In this document: positions 46,312-50,576 of the stretch, piece after piece
Numbering within the stretch: the stretch's first letter is position 1
Layout: each line of letters opens with the position of its first letter
Assembly: GCA_002633005.1 (NCBI GenBank)
Contig: NMRA01000185.1
Location: 1 to 50,576 of the forward strand
Direction of reading: 5' to 3'
Length of the DNA stretch: 50,576 nt
DNA from: Phoronis australis
Taxonomy: Eukaryota > Animalia > Phoronida
The notes under the pieces: model-generated
The model's input: only the letters and a program-made list of their open reading frames with translations
Databases searched by the model: none
Told to the model about the DNA's origin: nothing
Made by a program: the position numbers and the translations under genes

Positions 46312-48594
46312 TTAAGGGATTAACTCTTAGGAGCTAGGATGTAGCAAGGGGTGTCACAATGACCGATCTGCGCAATTTTGTGCGGTCTGGCCTTTGTTGC
46401 TGCGTAACTTGAAGTCTTCGCGACGAATCTCTTCCCAGAAAAACCTAAACAACGCTGTGCGCGAGCACACACGAATTTAGTCTCGCTAGTCTCCCGTTCA
46501 ACCGCACTGCTGGGTTGTAATCATGACAACTTTGACCATTGTGCAATTAAAGGCCGCCATTATGCAAAGTTCTGTTTTTGCTTACAACTTCCTTACCAAG
46601 TACCCCGGCGTAGGTAGATTATTTTGATGTTTTACCCATGTTTCCAAGACAAGTGAATTCAATGGAGCTGGTTTGCAGGTGGATAAAACGTGAATTTGCA
46701 TGATTTATGCAAATTAAGGCCGACATTATCAAAAAATCTACCTGTTATGATCAAAAGCACCACGGGTAAATTACATTGATATGTTCTCCCGTGTTGGTAT
46801 GGTCAATTAATTTTATAAAATCAGTGTGCAAATTGTTATATGATAAATTTGCCACCATAATGCAAAATTCTGTTTGCGACTGCTTCACCCTGCACTTCAT
46901 GTAAATCACCGTGGTATTTGCATCCATGTTTTCCAGATTGATCAATTTAATAAAGTCAGTCTGCAGGTCATTACATCATAAATTTGCATAATTTATAATT
47001 TATGCAAATACGGGTTGATATTATTCATTTTGAGCACTCACGGATATAATTATGTCAGATACAAATTATATATGTAAATCAAGCAATTGCAATACCAGGT
47101 TTCCACGATTCACGCAATTCATTCTAGTTTTTCCACACGACAGTGTTCAGCTAATACTTTGCCAATTTTACACGAGAGACAGTTGTTACCGTGTCAGTTG
47201 TCACGGCGCGATTTGCTCCACATTAGATCGTAAACTGGATCAGCATGGGGCACTTGCACGAAGACTGAGCATGTTTGCATAATCAATAGCGAACGTCCAA
47301 ACCACATTGAAAGCCATTGGATCACCCGTAAAAACTGTACGCTATGCGTATCATGTGTCATTTTGTGAGCTGATTGGCCATAATCAAGCACACCAACGTC
47401 GTGTATCCTCAAATTATCGATCTGTTCTGATGACATCGTGAGGTGCTGATAGCCAGCATTACGGTAACAAAGGTAATGAAGGTTCGAGTCTGCTGGTGAG
47501 AATGTGGAAAAGGAAGGGGAAACATGCATGAGCGGTGGTAGTTTGGTTGACTTTGTCGTTAGTGTCTGAAAATGGTGCCTTTATGAAAGAAGATGGCGAT
47601 GACAGAATCACTCACAATTCCATAGACGTTGCCGGCAATTATTAGTTGTTTCTCCGAGATTTCCTTTCAGTTTTTGTTTGCTTGGTCACTGATCCAATCT
47701 GGTTTTCAATAATATTTTGAAAAAATGAGTCTTGGATCTTCTAAAACTTTCATCACAGATTGCTTTCTGGTGAAATTCGTAGGTGACAGGCTTCATTCTG
47801 GTTTGTCTTAAAATCGTTGAGGATTCAGCGGTATGAGGTCATTTTCAAATCCTTCTGCTTTAGAGAGCCACGAACAGTAACCAAATAGAGTTTTTCAATG
47901 TCCATGTTTCTTTTTATTATCTGTTCCAATTCCTTATCTGTAAACATTTTTGTTATACCAAACCACAAGCAAATCCTCTTATACAATAAATACTACTTAA
48001 ATAAATAAAGGTAGTGTTGAACCCCAATATTTTTAATGGCAAGAAAGAAGATCGTTTCATAGTATATCCCGAAACACGGGAGCAACCCTAAGACTTTTGT
48101 CTCTCACGCATTTCCAAGGCTAAAATATGGAACTTCGGATTCCAGCACGTGGATGGAAGTGTAAACCAGTAAAAGTGTGCAATAGTCATAAAAATCATCC
48201 TTATCAGGGTAAATAAAATCATAAACATATCATACACACTTCTGGAACGAGTTTCTCTAGAATATGAGAGTTTTATCTATACAGATTCCTGGGTTGTGCC
48301 GCAGAGTAAATAATATGGGTCTCCTACACCATAAAGCTCAATAAATGATTTGATGTTCTACTAGGTGACTGAATTGTAGTAATTCTAAAGGGAGTGAAGT
48401 AGGTTCTTATTTTTCACCGCAAAGTTTATGATGACAGTACATATTGAAACCTAGCCATACATAATTATTTTATCAATGTTTAGCAATTTGGTAATACTGC
48501 TTACTCAAATAGATGACGGCAGTTCTGAAATGTAAAGAATTTTTTATTGTATTCCGAAAATTTCTTAGCCCCTGACGTGACATGAGAGAAAAAA

Positions 48595-48917
48595 ATATCT
48601 CGTCGGAACGAGATAATTCACCGCGGGAACTGGATAATATCTCGTGGGAACGAGATAACGTCTCGTGGGAACGAGATAAGGTATCGTGGGAACGAGATAA
48701 TGTCTCGCGGGAACGAAATGATATCTGGTGAGAACGAGATTATGTCCCGTAGGAACGAGATAATATCTCGCAGGAACCGGATAAGTATCGCATGGAAACG
48801 GGATAATTATCTCATGAGAGTCAGTGAATTATCTCATGGAAACGAGATAATTATCTCGTGAGAGTCAGTGAATTATCTTATGGGAACCAGCTAATTATCT
48901 CATGGTAACAAGATAAT
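48595..48917. repeat. Palindromic 21/22-bp minisatellite, about 15 units
   Basis: Consensus ATCTCGTGGGAACGAGATAAT; each unit is a hairpin ATCTCGT-GGGA-ACGAGAT. Confidence 0.9.
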
Positions 48918-48981
48918 CAGTGGCGCGAAACTCGTGTCCGCACATGATAGATGTCACAGGATTGCCTTCCCTGGATGCAAC

Positions 48982-49568
48982 CTCGTTGGTTCGCTGCGTG
49001 CCGCTAGGTAGTAGCCATCACGCATGTACCAGGAGGTAGCACGCGCTTTATCACTGGTTGCTGTAACCTCGGCAACAAAGTGAGAAAATGGCGGACCATG
49101 AACGATTTTTAGCCTTGTCATGCAAGTGGCGTAGCAGCAATTTTTTCGTTTCTGCAGTAATGTTTTATAATGGCTGCGTGCTTGAAGAACATACATGTAC
49201 AATAAGCACATCGTCACCTGGCCGCTTTAATTAGTGTGTTATTCATACTGTATGAATACAGGACAGCACAGCAACATGAACAAAAGTCAGCGACACTACA
49301 AAGATGTACTCCGAAGAGGCGCTACCCCAATTTTCTGGGATTCACATTTCTTCAACATGAATTTTAAGCACCGATTTGTCGGTACAACGGACCACAATCA
49401 CACTTCCTCCGTCAGTTATGCCAGTTTGTTTGCGTAAAGCGCTGCCTGTTGAGAATTCGACCAGCCAATCAGAAACGCCGGTGTGAAAAAGTTTCCCAAG
49501 GAAAATTAAATGAAGCCTACGTGCTGGCTACCACCTAGCGGCACGCAGGAAACCAGGGGATGCAACGA
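48982..49568 (-). mobile_element. Non-autonomous TIR element, family B, copy 2
   Basis: TIRs GGTTCGCTGCGTGCCGCTAGGTAGTAGCC / GGCTACCACCTAGCGGCACGCAGGAAACC. Confidence 0.75.
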
Positions 49569-50576
49569 GTTCTATTTTAATTTAGGGAGGACGTAAAGTG
49601 AAATAAAATTCGTTTCAACACGAAGGCATTCAGAATTGTGGTTGCAGTCGACTTCGTGAAAGCTAAAAAACGCAGTTCTTAAAAGAATTAACTTCCTCAT
49701 TTGGAAGTGACGTGAGTTGGCCGCCTAATAGGTGTCGTTTCTTTTGCTTTCAAAAAGGATGTAGAAAATATATCAAACACGGTTTGTTTGTTATTTTGTT
49801 AACATGCTGTACGTAGCAATATAATGCGAAGACGACAGCTATGACTGGACCGATCGATGCTCTTTTTGAGCCACAACAGATCAAAGCCAAATAGTGTTAG
49901 ATACTAGTCTAAGAGAAATCTGTGTGCTGGTTGTCAATTCAATGTTCATTTCAAAATTGAATATTGATAGTTGAAATGCTGAATCAAACTTGAAAATTCT
50001 ATTTTTAACTTGGAATTATGATTTATGTGTTCGAAGGTTCGCTAAAAAATAAATTATGAAACTTGGAATGACTAGAAATTCGTTTTCTATCTAAAATGAA
50101 ACGAGGAATTATGATTCAATATTCTGTGACACAGGGTGAAATGCGGATTCGTAGTGATTAACTGCGATCAATTGTAGCCGGGCAGTTATTTTTCCACACG
50201 TGCCACTTTTAGATGAATGTGTTTAATAGAGACCCAGCTTTTATTCATTTCGGTCCACTACGGCAGGCCAACGTATTGTAACGAACGATGGCAAACGAAG
50301 AAATCCACCTTCTGCTAATTATCTGCTTAAGACCGTTTGGTTTAGAGGAAAGTTCTTGTAGAGACACGGTGTACCTTGACCCCGGGTTTCAGTTGAAGGG
50401 AGGCGTCTATTACGGTAAAGTCGCGTGATTTTCGGACACTGAAAATTAATTCCAATAGAAAAAATTCATTCTTGGACGAATCTCGCGAAATATCATTTTG
50501 TGGTGTCCGAATTTGGCGGACCTCCAAATTTGGGTTTCCGCTAGTGTCCGAATTTCGTGGGTGTACATTATTTCGA

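Noticed and set aside
48595-48917. CRISPR array
   Set aside because: Units are contiguous with no unique spacers, no cas genes are present, and the context is a eukaryotic intron.

Overview
AT-rich, intron- and transposon-rich eukaryotic genomic DNA, most likely from an invertebrate animal (taxon not identifiable from the sequence alone). Three spliced protein-coding genes can be built by hand with GT-AG introns and consistent phases. (1) A secreted phospholipase A2 on the minus strand (exons 11650-11551, 10121-10071, 5644-5482, 3465-3332); its canonical last exon is not found, and the end of exon 4 is duplicated in frame. (2) A complete 7-exon, 620-aa type I membrane protein on the plus strand (signal peptide, VWA domain with MIDAS, mucin stalk, Cys cluster, TM, short tail; 15316-28555). 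(3) The 3' nine exons of an SLC22 (Orct-like) transporter on the minus strand (45997-31819; 5' end not found in the window). An intron-containing tRNA-Arg(CCT) lies antisense in an SLC22 intron. Mobile DNA includes a decayed Academ transposon, an ISL2EU-type transposase plus YqaJ-like remnant, a Penelope-like terminal repeat with a hammerhead ribozyme motif, and several MITE families. There is also a hairpin-unit minisatellite and a ~930-bp duplication around an N that is probably an assembly artefact. No single clearly new system is demonstrated. The best leads are the tRNA intron, the odd PLA2 3' end, the inverted repeats bracketing the PLA2 5' end, and the VWA-mucin receptor.
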